Source of the DNA: a virus
Taxonomy: Duplodnaviria; Caudoviricetes
Virus record (IMG/VR): IMGVR_UViG_3300013368_000005
Location: 32,001 to 96,000 of that record
DNA length: 64,000 nucleotides
Direction: 5' to 3' (one strand)
Shown here: positions 39,635 through 50,201 of the stretch, one piece after another
Layout of the letters: each line of letters begins with the position of its first letter
Position numbering within the stretch: position 1 is the first letter of the stretch
Position numbers and translations under genes: made by a program
The notes under the pieces: model-generated
What the model was told of the DNA's origin: nothing
Seen by the model: the letters and a program-made list of their open reading frames with translations, nothing else
The model's database searches: none

Positions 39635-41197
39635 ATGGGAAATTTTAACGTAAATTTAAGTTATCCTTTTTCGCCTGATTTCTATTATGAGACAAGGCTA
39701 AAAAGAATAAATCTTGATGAGAGAAGAAAACAATCAATTATTAGTGGAAAGGGGTTTATAATCTCCAATCCTCAAAGTACTTTAAAGAAAGATATGAAAG
39801 ATCCAAATAGTATATTTTCATCTAAATTTGGACAAACATTACAAGATGTAAATCCATTTGGTGATAGATACAAATGTGAATGTGGATATTTAACGTCAAG
39901 AATAAATCATGACATAGAGTGTCCGATATGTCATAAAAAAGTAAAATATATAGATGATGATTTTGGAATATTTGGTTGGATTGTATTGAAAGATCCATAT
40001 TATATAATACATCCAAACTTATATAAATCTATGGAATATTTAATTGGTGGAGGAAAATTTGATGGTAAGAATGGAAGTAGACTTGATAATATTCTTAAAC
40101 CAGTAGAACAAAAGGACGAAGATGGTCATACAATAGGAATAGGAGGATTACCAAACGGTAAACAAATTCCAGCAGACCAACCTTTTTATGGTATTGGTAT
40201 TTTAGAATTTAAAGAAAGATTCGAAGAAATAATGGATTACTATTTAAAGAAAAATCCTAATAAGAAAGATTATTATGATGATATAATGGAAAATAAAGAT
40301 AATATATTTACTCAATCTGTCCCAGTATATACAACACATTTAAGACCTTTTAAAATAGATGGAGTGTCGTTTCATTTTGAAGGTGTAAATGCAATTTATA
40401 ATATGATTTCTAAGCTTTCATCTTATATAAATAAAGATGATCTAAAAATGTTTAGAAAAAAGAAAACAAAAAATCAACTTCTATACGATATGCATATAAA
40501 ATATTTAAAATTATATGGAGAGTTAGAAGAAGTATTAGCAGGAAAGAAAGGTACTTTAAGATCAGTGTTTGGTGGAAGATATAACTTTGCATCAAGAAAT
40601 GTTATAGTACCAAATGAAACATTAAGAATAGATGAGGTAACAATGCCATATGCAGCTATGGTAGAACTGTTACAACAAACAATAATAAATATACTTCATA
40701 AGACATATAATATAACTTATAATGATGCTTATAATATTTGGGCTAAAGCTCAATTGGTAAGGGATGATAGAGTATGGCAAATAATAGAAGGTTTAATCAA
40801 GGATTCAGGTAGGGGTATACCTGTAATTATTAATAGAAACCCAACGATTCAGTATGGTTCACTACTACAAATGTATGTAGTCGGCATAACTGACACATAT
40901 ACATTAGCGTTACCATTACAGATACTACCATTAATAGCTGGAGACTTTGATGGTGACGTATTAAACGTATTATATATTATTAATGAATCATTTAAACAAC
41001 AAGCAATAAAAATACTAAATCCAAGAAATGCAATGTATATTTCAAGGAATGATGGTAAGATGAATCCAGATGTAAATCATACTAAGGATTTATTAATAAA
41101 TGCAAATGCATTAATAAGATTGGGTAGAACAAACTATACACAAGAACAAGTTGATAGAATTAGACAATTACAGAATATGCTAAATTTAGCATCATAA
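39635..41197 (+). CDS. Phage RNA polymerase beta'-like subunit, N-terminal part with catalytic DFDGD
   Basis: SIFSSKFG, YKCECG...CPIC (zinc), GKKGTLR...GGRYNFASRNVI, IINRNPTI and IAGDFDGD. Confidence 0.94.
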   Translation: MGNFNVNLSYPFSPDFYYETRLKRINLDERRKQSIISGKGFIISNPQSTLKKDMKDPNSIFSSKFGQTLQDVNPFGDRYKCECGYLTSRINHDIECPICHKKVKYIDDDFGIFGWIVLKDPYYIIHPNLYKSMEYLIGGGKFDGKNGSRLDNILKPVEQKDEDGHTIGIGGLPNGKQIPADQPFYGIGILEFKERFEEIMDYYLKKNPNKKDYYDDIMENKDNIFTQSVPVYTTHLRPFKIDGVSFHFEGVNAIYNMISKLSSYINKDDLKMFRKKKTKNQLLYDMHIKYLKLYGELEEVLAGKKGTLRSVFGGRYNFASRNVIVPNETLRIDEVTMPYAAMVELLQQTIINILHKTYNITYNDAYNIWAKAQLVRDDRVWQIIEGLIKDSGRGIPVIINRNPTIQYGSLLQMYVVGITDTYTLALPLQILPLIAGDFDGDVLNVLYIINESFKQQAIKILNPRNAMYISRNDGKMNPDVNHTKDLLINANALIRLGRTNYTQEQVDRIRQLQNMLNLAS

Positions 41198-41254
41198 TTA
41201 TAAAGAAGAGGTGATTCCTCTTCTTTCATTTTTATTAATAAGGAGTGTAGATAC

Positions 41255-41590
41255 ATGTTATTCGATATAGAAACTAATATAGAAGCTTCATTTTTTAAAG
41301 ATAATAAAGGAAAACAATTATTTAATGGCGAATTGCTTAAAGTTAAGTATAACAATAATAATTATCTTGGAGAGCTTATATATAATGGTAATTATTTTAC
41401 TATAAAAATATATGGTTATGATGATGGTATGCAACTATTATATGTTGAGGGTTATATAGATTTAAGACAATATTATAATATAATTGAATTCTGTACCGTC
41501 AGTGCTTTAGATTTTGTAGAGTCTTTAGGTATCAACTCTTATAATACTAATTTAGGAGCTTATCAAATTTATAATGACAATATAGGCTAA
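41255..41590 (+). CDS. Hypothetical protein (YopX-like C-terminal pattern)
   Basis: KDNKGKQLFNGELL resembles DKNGKEIYEGDI. Confidence 0.5.
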   Translation: MLFDIETNIEASFFKDNKGKQLFNGELLKVKYNNNNYLGELIYNGNYFTIKIYGYDDGMQLLYVEGYIDLRQYYNIIEFCTVSALDFVESLGINSYNTNLGAYQIYNDNIG

Positions 41591-41624
41591 ATAAAATTAA
41601 AAAATATAGAAACGATAATATAGA

Positions 41625-41828
41625 ATGGATGCTATATCATATTTAGGATTTTCTAGGGAAACAGAAAATATAATAAAAGATATAACAGAAGAAGATATAA
41701 TATTAGGATATAAGTTAGTCCCTTGTCCAGAATGTTTAGGTACTGGAGTATGGGATTTTGCACCTTATATTTCTATAGAAGAATGTGTTGTATGTAAAGG
41801 CACAGGAAAAGTATATATAAATGTATAA
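41625..41828 (+). CDS. DnaJ-type zinc finger mini-protein
   Basis: CPECLGTG and CVVCKGTG (two CxxCxGxG). Confidence 0.75.
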   Translation: MDAISYLGFSRETENIIKDITEEDIILGYKLVPCPECLGTGVWDFAPYISIEECVVCKGTGKVYINV

Positions 41829-41851
41829 TAAAGGAAGAAGAGTGAAATAAA

Positions 41852-42076
41852 ATGGATATTAGAATATTTAATTTGGAAGATTTAAATAGAGAAGGGTTAA
41901 TACGTCTTTTACGAGATTACGATGACTATGTTAAAGAGATAATTGAAGATGGAGATTTTTTAGACAGAGCACCTGTATGTATTTCTGAATATTTAAATAA
42001 TGATTTTAAGGAAAATAATGAAATAGATTCACTTATATTAAGTCCAATGATAACAATTAAAAAATCATATAAATAA
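41852..42076 (+). CDS. Hypothetical protein
   Basis: ORF in operon. Confidence 0.55.
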   Translation: MDIRIFNLEDLNREGLIRLLRDYDDYVKEIIEDGDFLDRAPVCISEYLNNDFKENNEIDSLILSPMITIKKSYK

Positions 42077-42099
42077 AATATATAGGGGGTTAAAAATAA

Positions 42100-42633
42100 A
42101 TGAATATTAAAGATGCAAGAGAATTTATAAACGAATATGAAATACTAGAGAAATCTATATATCAAATAGGTAAGATACGTAAAATTAATGAAGATCTTAA
42201 AAATAAAGCAACTAATTTATCTATATCTATAAATGATGATGGAAATATATTATTCGCTTATAAAGTATATAATATATTTCATGAAAATGGAAAAGTCGTT
42301 ATATTAAATTTTGATATGCCTAAAAATAGTATTTTAAAATCTGAGTTTAGAGATATACTAGGTAAATATTCGGATGCATATGCATCATTCATTCGAGATA
42401 TTGAGAAGATTACTAAATCTAATATACAGTTTATAAGCAGCATTATTAATGAATTAGATAATATTAATAATTTTATTCTAGCATTATGGAGAGGAAATGG
42501 TGAATTTCCTTTAAAAGATAAATTAGATATAGATACATTTGATTTAAAACATGATTTAATAAAAATGATTTTAAATTATGAATCTGTGTTATTAAATCGT
42601 AAAAAAGAAATGGAAATACAAATGGAAGATTAA
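42100..42633 (+). CDS. Hypothetical protein
   Basis: GGGGG RBS. Confidence 0.6.
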   Translation: MNIKDAREFINEYEILEKSIYQIGKIRKINEDLKNKATNLSISINDDGNILFAYKVYNIFHENGKVVILNFDMPKNSILKSEFRDILGKYSDAYASFIRDIEKITKSNIQFISSIINELDNINNFILALWRGNGEFPLKDKLDIDTFDLKHDLIKMILNYESVLLNRKKEMEIQMED

Positions 42634-42654
42634 AAAAATATCGGGGGTAAGGGA

Positions 42655-43809
42655 ATGAATATAGATTTAAACAATATGGTTACAATGGGATTAATTGGAT
42701 ATATAGCGATATTGGCAAAAAGTATACCACGAAAGATATTCTCATTATTCAAAAGTAATTTAGCATACTCAATCAGTATTACAAGTGCTGATGAAGACCA
42801 ATATGATAAGATAAATAACTGGCTCATTAATCTTAATAAAAGATGTATAAATAATAATATTAATTTAATTCAAAGATTTGAAGGTGGATTGGTTAGAAGT
42901 CAGAAAACTATAAACTATGGTGTATATACTTTTATATATAAGGGTTCTCTTATAACTATAGATAAACATTTATTATCACAATCGAGCGAAGCTCTTACTG
43001 TAAAAGATATTTTAGAAATAACCATATGGGGTTATAATGCAAGAACAACATATAATGAACTTAATAAATATTGTATAATAAATTCTATGAATGGGCTAAT
43101 TATAGAAACAGTTACTAGTTTTAATAATAAATATAATATAACTCAAGATAAAAAATTTGATGATATATTTATAGATAATAAACAGCAAATAATAAATCAT
43201 GTGAATAGATGGGTTAGTAACGAGCAATTTTATTTGGACCATGGCATAATATATAAAACAGGTATATTATTATATGGAGAGCCAGGAACTGGTAAAACTA
43301 CATTGGCAAGAGCTATAGCAACATATTTAAAATGCAATATAATTATAATAGATTTTAAATCTAAGAAAAGTATTTCAGACCTAAGTTCTATTATAGGTAG
43401 TGCTATGCAACCTGGTAATAGAAAGATAATTTTATTAGAAGATATAGACTGTATATCCTCTAATAGAGAAGATGAAGACGAAATTAGCGACGAAAAGAGA
43501 GAATTTATAGGCTCATTATTAAATTTATTAGACGGAGTTAATAGTCCTAGAGACACTATATTCATAGCAACAACTAATCATATAGAAAAGTTAGATCCTG
43601 CTATAATAAGAAGTGGAAGGTTTGATCTTAAAATGGAAGTAGGAAATATATCTAAAGAACTAGCAATTCAAATGTGTAAAAGGTTCGGTATTAATGATCA
43701 TAGAATTCTTAGAGATGAACAATTCCCAATAAATCCTTCTTATTTACAATGTAAAATATTAGATAAAATAGTCAAAGGTGATACTCTATTAATTAAGGAG
43801 GTAATATAA
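42655..43809 (+). CDS. BCS1-like membrane-anchored AAA+ ATPase
   Basis: N-terminal TM; GIIYKTGILLYGEPGTGKT (Walker A), ILLEDID (Walker B), LLNLLDGV, TTNHIEKLDPAIIRSGRFD (SRH). Confidence 0.88.
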   Translation: MNIDLNNMVTMGLIGYIAILAKSIPRKIFSLFKSNLAYSISITSADEDQYDKINNWLINLNKRCINNNINLIQRFEGGLVRSQKTINYGVYTFIYKGSLITIDKHLLSQSSEALTVKDILEITIWGYNARTTYNELNKYCIINSMNGLIIETVTSFNNKYNITQDKKFDDIFIDNKQQIINHVNRWVSNEQFYLDHGIIYKTGILLYGEPGTGKTTLARAIATYLKCNIIIIDFKSKKSISDLSSIIGSAMQPGNRKIILLEDIDCISSNREDEDEISDEKREFIGSLLNLLDGVNSPRDTIFIATTNHIEKLDPAIIRSGRFDLKMEVGNISKELAIQMCKRFGINDHRILRDEQFPINPSYLQCKILDKIVKGDTLLIKEVI

Positions 43810-43810
43810 T

Positions 43811-44731
43811 ATGTATAATATTACAAAAATAAAAGGAATAGACTGTCCAAGTAAATATTTAATAAGTATTAAAAATGAAAATTTATTCTTTGTAAATAGT
43901 AAAAGAGTAGCAGGGCTAGCAATTAGCTATTTAGAAGGTAATGATCGTGTAGATTTACCTGATAATACTAAGAGATTTTTAAAGAATTATAGAAAAGTAA
44001 AAGAAGATGATATAAAACAAGAGCAATATCATCCTATAGCTAAATATGATAATAATGAGAATATATTTTATTATAACGATTGTCATGGATATGAATATTG
44101 GGAACAATATGATGAATATGGTAATATGATTCATTACAAAGATTCTTATAGATATGAATATTGGCAGGAATATGATGACAATGGTAATATAACTCATTAT
44201 AGAAATTCTAAAGGACATGAATATTGGAAAAAATATGATAAGAATAAAAATTTAATTTATTATAAAGATGATATTACCGAAGTTGAATATTGGAAAGAGT
44301 ATAATGATAATGGGAAATTAACTTATTATAAAGATGATGAGAATGAATATTGGAAAGAATACGATAAAAATAATAATATAATCCATTATAAAAATTCCGA
44401 TGGATATGAAGAATGGCGTAGATATGACAATAAAGGAAATCAAACTTATTATAAAAACTCTACTGGATATGAAGATTGGCAGGAATATGATGAAGATAAT
44501 AATATAATTCATTATAGAAATTCGAAAGGGCTTGAAGATTGGAATCAATATGATGAAAATGGTAATATAACACATTATAGAAATTCTAATGGATATGAAG
44601 AATGGAAAGATTATGATGAAAATGGTAATATGATCTATTGCAAAAACTGTTATGGAGATGAAGAATGGTATCAGTATGATGAAAATGGTGATATAATCGA
44701 AGATAAAGATAGTATTACTATTACAATATAA
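43811..44731 (+). CDS. Tandem ~22-aa repeat protein (EYDENGNxIHYxNSxGYExW)
   Basis: About 10 tandem repeats after an unrelated ~70 aa N-terminus. Confidence 0.8.
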   Translation: MYNITKIKGIDCPSKYLISIKNENLFFVNSKRVAGLAISYLEGNDRVDLPDNTKRFLKNYRKVKEDDIKQEQYHPIAKYDNNENIFYYNDCHGYEYWEQYDEYGNMIHYKDSYRYEYWQEYDDNGNITHYRNSKGHEYWKKYDKNKNLIYYKDDITEVEYWKEYNDNGKLTYYKDDENEYWKEYDKNNNIIHYKNSDGYEEWRRYDNKGNQTYYKNSTGYEDWQEYDEDNNIIHYRNSKGLEDWNQYDENGNITHYRNSNGYEEWKDYDENGNMIYCKNCYGDEEWYQYDENGDIIEDKDSITITI

Positions 44732-44736
44732 GGAGG

Positions 44737-45366
44737 ATGTTAAAAATAAAAATGAGATATTGTATAAAATTAATAAAAAATATATTGGATAGATTAAAAA
44801 TATCTACGAAATATAATAATAATAATGAAGTTTATTGTAAATATCTTAGTGGATTAGAGATTTGGAAAGAGTATAATGATGAAGGTAATTTGATCCATGA
44901 AAGAAATTCTAATGGTTATAAATTATGGAAAGAGTATAATAACAATGGGAGTACCATACATCGTATGTATCCCGATAGAGCGGAACAATGGATAAAATAT
45001 AATAATAGAGGTGTTCCTATTAGTGGCTATTTTATAAGTCTCGATGGACACGAAGAATGGAAAGAATATGATAATAAAGCATGTTTAATTCATTATAGAG
45101 ATAATAAAGGCTACGAATATTGGATGGAATATGATAAGAATAGAAACTTAATACATTATAAGAATTTTAATGGAATTGAATATTGGAAAAAATATGATAA
45201 TAAGGGAAATATGATTCATTTTAGAGATTTTAATGGATATGAATATGAGTGTAAATTTGACAATAAGAGAAATATAACTTATTATAAAGATTCTAATGGA
45301 ATTGAATATTGGAATAAATATGATGATAAGGGAAATTGTATTTATAACAAAATAACAACGCAATAA
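44737..45366 (+). CDS. Tandem ~22-aa repeat protein, paralog of the upstream gene
   Basis: EYWKKYDNKGNMIHFRDFNGY-type repeats. Confidence 0.8.
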   Translation: MLKIKMRYCIKLIKNILDRLKISTKYNNNNEVYCKYLSGLEIWKEYNDEGNLIHERNSNGYKLWKEYNNNGSTIHRMYPDRAEQWIKYNNRGVPISGYFISLDGHEEWKEYDNKACLIHYRDNKGYEYWMEYDKNRNLIHYKNFNGIEYWKKYDNKGNMIHFRDFNGYEYECKFDNKRNITYYKDSNGIEYWNKYDDKGNCIYNKITTQ

Positions 45367-45396
45367 ATTAAATAATAAAATAAAGGAAGTATTAAT

Positions 45397-45702
45397 TTGA
45401 GAAATTTTGAAAATGCAAATGAATTTAAAAAGAAAGGTATAAAACCACATCAAATACTCATAGTAATTACAAATGAATCAGATTATGAAACATACAGAAG
45501 AATATTATTAACTGATATAGAAGGATTAGAAGTTGGTGAATATTTATTATTAGAAGGTGAACACTGCAGTTGCTATGATTTTGATGAAACCGATTGGCAT
45601 GGAACTGTTTATACATTAGATGAATTAAATAAATTAGCTAAAGCTGAGTATAATGAAAATGATGTATTTTGGAAAGAAATATTATCTATACCTCAAATTT
45701 AG
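45397..45702 (+). CDS. Hypothetical protein
   Basis: EGEHCSCYDF motif; terminator follows. Confidence 0.6.
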   Translation: MRNFENANEFKKKGIKPHQILIVITNESDYETYRRILLTDIEGLEVGEYLLLEGEHCSCYDFDETDWHGTVYTLDELNKLAKAEYNENDVFWKEILSIPQI

Positions 45703-45833
45703 TTTCATGTGGTATACAATAAAATAAAGGAGGTATAATACCTCCTTTATTTTTTATAATAATACTAATCGTTCATTCATTATCAGTGCATACTCTAAAC
45801 ATATAAGTAATATTTTATTAAGGAGGTAATTTT

Positions 45834-47108
45834 ATGGATATTAATGATATAGAAACTAGAGAATTGTATCAAAGTTTATCAATTCCATCAATAATAAATT
45901 CACATTCATTAGCAGTAGATTATATGCAAAAATGGTTTTTATCTAAGTTCAAATCTAATTATTTTAAAAAGATTCATATAGATAAAAGACATATACTACA
46001 TGAATTTAAACAGGAAGACTATAATAATATTAGAGCATTAAAAGCTGCAAAACCATCTTTAGCTATTATACCAAACCCACAATTTGATTTTAATAGAGAT
46101 ATGGTTGATTTAAATCAACAAGGATTAGGTATTTATCATAGAAGAAGTAAATTAGATAGGCACTTCTTTAAAGATTTATATAGAAATATGTATTTAGGAG
46201 TTTCATTAGATCAATTATTAATTAATTTTACATTTAGAATTAGGGTATCAACAAGAGCACAGCAAGTAGATCTTGCATCTTATATGAATATGGCTTTTAG
46301 AATAGGTTCTACCCAAGGTGAAGATATAGATATGGATATTCATATTCCATATAGTTTAATGATGCAAGTTGCCAAAGATGCTGAATTTGAAGTTATTGAC
46401 GATAAAGTAGTTAACGTGGTAGAGTTTGTTGCTTATTTAAATAAACATTCTTTATATCCTATTTTATATAAATTTAGAGCTATAAATGGTAAAAGTGAAT
46501 TCTTTATGAGACTATCTGGATTATATACTCATATTTCTTGTTTAGAATCTTTATCGTTAGATGATGGTGAAAGACAAGGACATTTGAATAATGATTTTGT
46601 TATAGAAATGGGTGCTCAATTAAAAATAGCATCTCCTAAACTATACAGTTACTATTCATTAGAGAAACATGATATTATAGATAGCATAGAATCAGATGAA
46701 GACAGTCTAGGTATAGGCGTATATAATGTAAAACTCGCAGATATACCAGAAGTTAATCAAAAAGGGTGGACGCAATATTTAACTACAGAATATCAAGATA
46801 AAGATTTAAGTAATAATTTAGTAATAGAATTTAGGGAATTATTTTCAGGTGGAGAATTAAATGATTTTATTACTAGATCTAAGAATATGTATATTTCTCC
46901 TTCATTGTATATAGACTTTAAACTATTTAATAATGGAGATGAAATTGAATATGAGATAGATTGGGATAAATTTACTATAACTACTAAAAAACCAATACAG
47001 TCTGAAATAACCAATATTTCAATATATATAGATAACGAATATTTAAATACGGAATTGATAAATATAAAAAATCTAAGTGAAGATAGAATTAGACAACAAA
47101 ATGGATAA
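45834..47108 (+). CDS. Putative virion structural (tail completion-like) protein
   Basis: Late promoter AACA-TATAAG-TA at 45798-45809; AAGGAGG RBS. Confidence 0.5.
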   Translation: MDINDIETRELYQSLSIPSIINSHSLAVDYMQKWFLSKFKSNYFKKIHIDKRHILHEFKQEDYNNIRALKAAKPSLAIIPNPQFDFNRDMVDLNQQGLGIYHRRSKLDRHFFKDLYRNMYLGVSLDQLLINFTFRIRVSTRAQQVDLASYMNMAFRIGSTQGEDIDMDIHIPYSLMMQVAKDAEFEVIDDKVVNVVEFVAYLNKHSLYPILYKFRAINGKSEFFMRLSGLYTHISCLESLSLDDGERQGHLNNDFVIEMGAQLKIASPKLYSYYSLEKHDIIDSIESDEDSLGIGVYNVKLADIPEVNQKGWTQYLTTEYQDKDLSNNLVIEFRELFSGGELNDFITRSKNMYISPSLYIDFKLFNNGDEIEYEIDWDKFTITTKKPIQSEITNISIYIDNEYLNTELINIKNLSEDRIRQQNG

Positions 47109-47135
47109 GAGATATTAATCTCTTATCCTTATTCT

Positions 47136-47597
47136 TTATATTATATCCATATTTTCAAATACATTTATTGTTTTAGGTTTGGTCTCCTCAATAAGTTCAT
47201 CATTAATATCATCTTTTATATTTTCATCATCAAGATCAATTTCTAATTCTGGTATATATTTACTAAAAAATAGATTACGAATAGATTCATATTCTAAAAT
47301 ACAATATAGCTCATCTTCTAGAGTCTGTATTATATAATTGCTTATTTCATAATCATATAATTGTTGAAATTGGTAAATAATTTCATCGCATAAATCGAAT
47401 AAAAAGTCCTTTTGCTTTATATCTTCTTTAGAGCAATCATTTTCTTGAATATAAGCATACAATAATCCTTCTATAGATCTTCTATACTTATTCATAGTTT
47501 CATTGTCAACTCTACTAATAGCTAACATCTTTCCTAATTGTTTAATTTTAAGTATTATTAATATAACTAATAATACTCCACCGACCATTTGTATCAT
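47136..47597 (-). CDS. Single-pass membrane protein
   Basis: N-terminal TM; AACA-TTAAAA-TA upstream. Confidence 0.65.
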   Translation of the reverse strand: MIQMVGGVLLVILIILKIKQLGKMLAISRVDNETMNKYRRSIEGLLYAYIQENDCSKEDIKQKDFLFDLCDEIIYQFQQLYDYEISNYIIQTLEDELYCILEYESIRNLFFSKYIPELEIDLDDENIKDDINDELIEETKPKTINVFENMDII

Positions 47598-47699
47598 AAA
47601 TACAACCCCCTATATATTATTATTATATTTTAATGTTGCGTATATGGTAAATTATTACTATGCACATAACAAAAAATAAAGAATAAAAGAAGAGGGGTA

Positions 47700-48812
47700 A
47701 TGAAGACAATGAAAGCAAATGAAATTACAATCAATTTTCCAACAGGAATTGCAACAGAAATTAAAAATACATCTAAACCAGGGAGGTCATTTAAATTTAA
47801 TGAAGATTATAATCAGCTTTTTTTTAAAACACAACGTGGTGAATTAGAATTTATTGGATACGCTCCAATGTATTTCGATTTAATTAATTTTGGAGCAGAG
47901 AGAGGGGTGTTTTTTCATGATGGTATGATTACCAAAACTATAGATTTGAATCATAATGAATATATCAATATCACTTCATCATTCGATAATTGTGAAAATG
48001 AAAATGTATTAATAGCATCTATTAATACATTTGAGGCTGATTTATTAGATGATGAAGTGATATTTCCAAAATATAATACTTATATAGTTCCAGATGGTGT
48101 CGGTTATAAAGGTTCAATATATCTTAGAATAAATGATGAGCAATTGAATGAATATTTATTACATTCTATTCATTATGTTGATATAAAAGCTGCTGCAGAA
48201 GATTTATACAGAATAGAAAATGATTTTATAGAAGCACAATTTGAAAATATGATAGAAAATATAATTACGAATGAATATGCATATGCTATAAAAAATAATA
48301 TTATATCTAGAATAACTGCTCCATTTGAAACTTTTGAAAAGTTCCAAATAGATATACTAAATTCAGATAAACATTTATATCCACATGCTACAGATTTGGT
48401 ATTAGAAGATTATACAATAATAACAGAAGATGTATATATTATGTATGAAGGTGATATATATTATCAAGCTAAAGAGGTACACAATCCAGATCCTAAAGTA
48501 TTTGCCCCTGTATTTAGTAAATCATTAATAAAGTTATTTGTTTCACTAAGAGATACAATATATCAATATAAAAGCAAGGATATTGATATGATAGAAGTAT
48601 TAAATGAAACATATCTACAGTTTATTAATGTTAAAAAAATGATCTTAAAGAAAGATGGAACTAATGAGATATTAAAAAGAGGGATTGTATATCAATTCGG
48701 TTTTGGTTCAATACTAATAAATTCTAACTTTATTGAATCAATATTTACAGAAGTTACTAATATTTACAAAGAACTTAATCATGAGACAAAAAATCTGGAA
48801 TGTACTGAATAG
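47700..48812 (+). CDS. Hypothetical protein
   Basis: 370 aa ORF; GAGGGG RBS. Confidence 0.7.
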   Translation: MKTMKANEITINFPTGIATEIKNTSKPGRSFKFNEDYNQLFFKTQRGELEFIGYAPMYFDLINFGAERGVFFHDGMITKTIDLNHNEYINITSSFDNCENENVLIASINTFEADLLDDEVIFPKYNTYIVPDGVGYKGSIYLRINDEQLNEYLLHSIHYVDIKAAAEDLYRIENDFIEAQFENMIENIITNEYAYAIKNNIISRITAPFETFEKFQIDILNSDKHLYPHATDLVLEDYTIITEDVYIMYEGDIYYQAKEVHNPDPKVFAPVFSKSLIKLFVSLRDTIYQYKSKDIDMIEVLNETYLQFINVKKMILKKDGTNEILKRGIVYQFGFGSILINSNFIESIFTEVTNIYKELNHETKNLECTE

Positions 48813-48822
48813 TACATTCCAA

Positions 48823-49194
48823 TTATTGTTTATCTTCTAATTCTTTTTTCATTATATCATCTATAAGTGGTTTCTTAGCTCGATATACTTTTATCCAAAA
48901 TGCTAAATTTTTTATTTTACCTAAAACTTCAAATCCTAACATACCTCCAACAAAGCATGGAAGTATAAATAGTTTCATAGATATTTTAGAGAGTATAAAT
49001 TCACTTAACGAAAATAAAATTATAGATGATACTGTTGTCGATATCAATATTCTACTTATTTTTACCTTAGTGTCCTTTTCAGTAAAAGTGTTATAGGTGT
49101 CTTTAATTATAGCCCCCAATAAACTAAAAACAAATATAAATAAAAAATCCATTATACTTGAAATAAGTGCTACTTTGTCAATTACCATCCCCAT
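48823..49194 (-). CDS. Holin-like membrane protein (3 TM, charged C-tail)
   Basis: FSLLGAII / ISTTVSSIILF / CFVGGMLGFE; late transcription unit. Confidence 0.6.
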   Translation of the reverse strand: MGMVIDKVALISSIMDFLFIFVFSLLGAIIKDTYNTFTEKDTKVKISRILISTTVSSIILFSLSEFILSKISMKLFILPCFVGGMLGFEVLGKIKNLAFWIKVYRAKKPLIDDIMKKELEDKQ

Positions 49195-49220
49195 TTCACA
49201 TCACTCATTTCTTTACTAAA

Positions 49221-50201
49221 TTAATCTTGTTTTGGAATTTTATTTTGTAAACACCCTGAGCCTATAATCACAAATATACCTATTATTGTAGATTGTGCCA
49301 TAGCTGCAGCGTTTCTTTTCTGATTTTCTATTATATCATTACGCAAATCATCAATTTGATGCTTGTATTCATATATATAAGACAAATAAGGTTGTAATGC
49401 ATCTAATATATTAATTCTTTGAATAATAATAATCTTAAAATTATCTATTTTGTACCCTAAGCTGTTTAAATCTTTAGTTCCAAATATATCTCCTTCTTTA
49501 GTCAAATATAGAGGTACTAATAATTCATAAGAGCTTAGAGCTGTTATTCCTTCTTCTTTATAGATTTTAAGTAGTTCCTTTATATTCATAGAACTAATAC
49601 ACTTATGTGGATTATTAGATCCAATTGGCTCCCAGAATATAAACTCATTTTCAAGATTGGTATTTTTTATTGCATTTATAGCTTGTTCGGTTAAAGCTGT
49701 ATTATGGACTACACTTTTCATTTTACTCCAACTCATATATTGAGTTTCTATATCTTGGTTTGCATCAAATTGGTATCCAATAGATCTATTCCAGAGAATG
49801 TTATCCATTGAAGCAACAAAAACTTTATTTGACATAGAATCTTTATTTATATAGGTATCGGATAACATCTCATCAAATATTTTTGTTAATTCACTATCAG
49901 TACTAGGGTTACTGATATCATACTCTAGATCATTTAACTCTCCTGCATATCGATTTAACATTGTTTGCTGAATATCATTTGTTCTAATTGTTAATGAGTC
50001 TTCAGCTCTTCTTATATTTTCAAGTAGAATTGTAGAGATATAATTCTCCATATCACATTCTACAGATTCTATTATATTATTATATTTAATTTTCATTATT
50101 TCATATTCATTATATTGCTTATATCCAAATACAGTCACACATAGCAATATTGAAAGTGTTGACATAGCTAAGATTTTCGATATGACATTTTTTTTCATCA
50201 T
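49221..50201 (-). CDS. Membrane protein with N- and C-terminal TMs and a large extracytoplasmic domain
   Basis: Hydrophobic ends; late promoter at 50222-50233; co-transcribed with the holin-like gene. Confidence 0.6.
   Translation of the reverse strand: MMKKNVISKILAMSTLSILLCVTVFGYKQYNEYEIMKIKYNNIIESVECDMENYISTILLENIRRAEDSLTIRTNDIQQTMLNRYAGELNDLEYDISNPSTDSELTKIFDEMLSDTYINKDSMSNKVFVASMDNILWNRSIGYQFDANQDIETQYMSWSKMKSVVHNTALTEQAINAIKNTNLENEFIFWEPIGSNNPHKCISSMNIKELLKIYKEEGITALSSYELLVPLYLTKEGDIFGTKDLNSLGYKIDNFKIIIIQRINILDALQPYLSYIYEYKHQIDDLRNDIIENQKRNAAAMAQSTIIGIFVIIGSGCLQNKIPKQD

Noticed and set aside
1-41197. Group I introns or inteins in the RNAP genes, as in AR9
   Set aside because: All three RNAP ORFs are continuous, with no evident intein ends or intron-sized gaps.
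43811-45366. Possible CRISPR array or DGR template/variable repeat
   Set aside because: The repeats are degenerate, in frame and coding (~66 bp period). There are no identical repeats with unique spacers, no reverse transcriptase in the window and no near-identical pair with adenine-only differences.
43979-45453. Minus-strand Ile/Phe-rich ORFs (43979-44218, 44318-44575, 45148-45453)
   Set aside because: They are antisense shadows of the repeat-protein genes and have no RBS or promoter.
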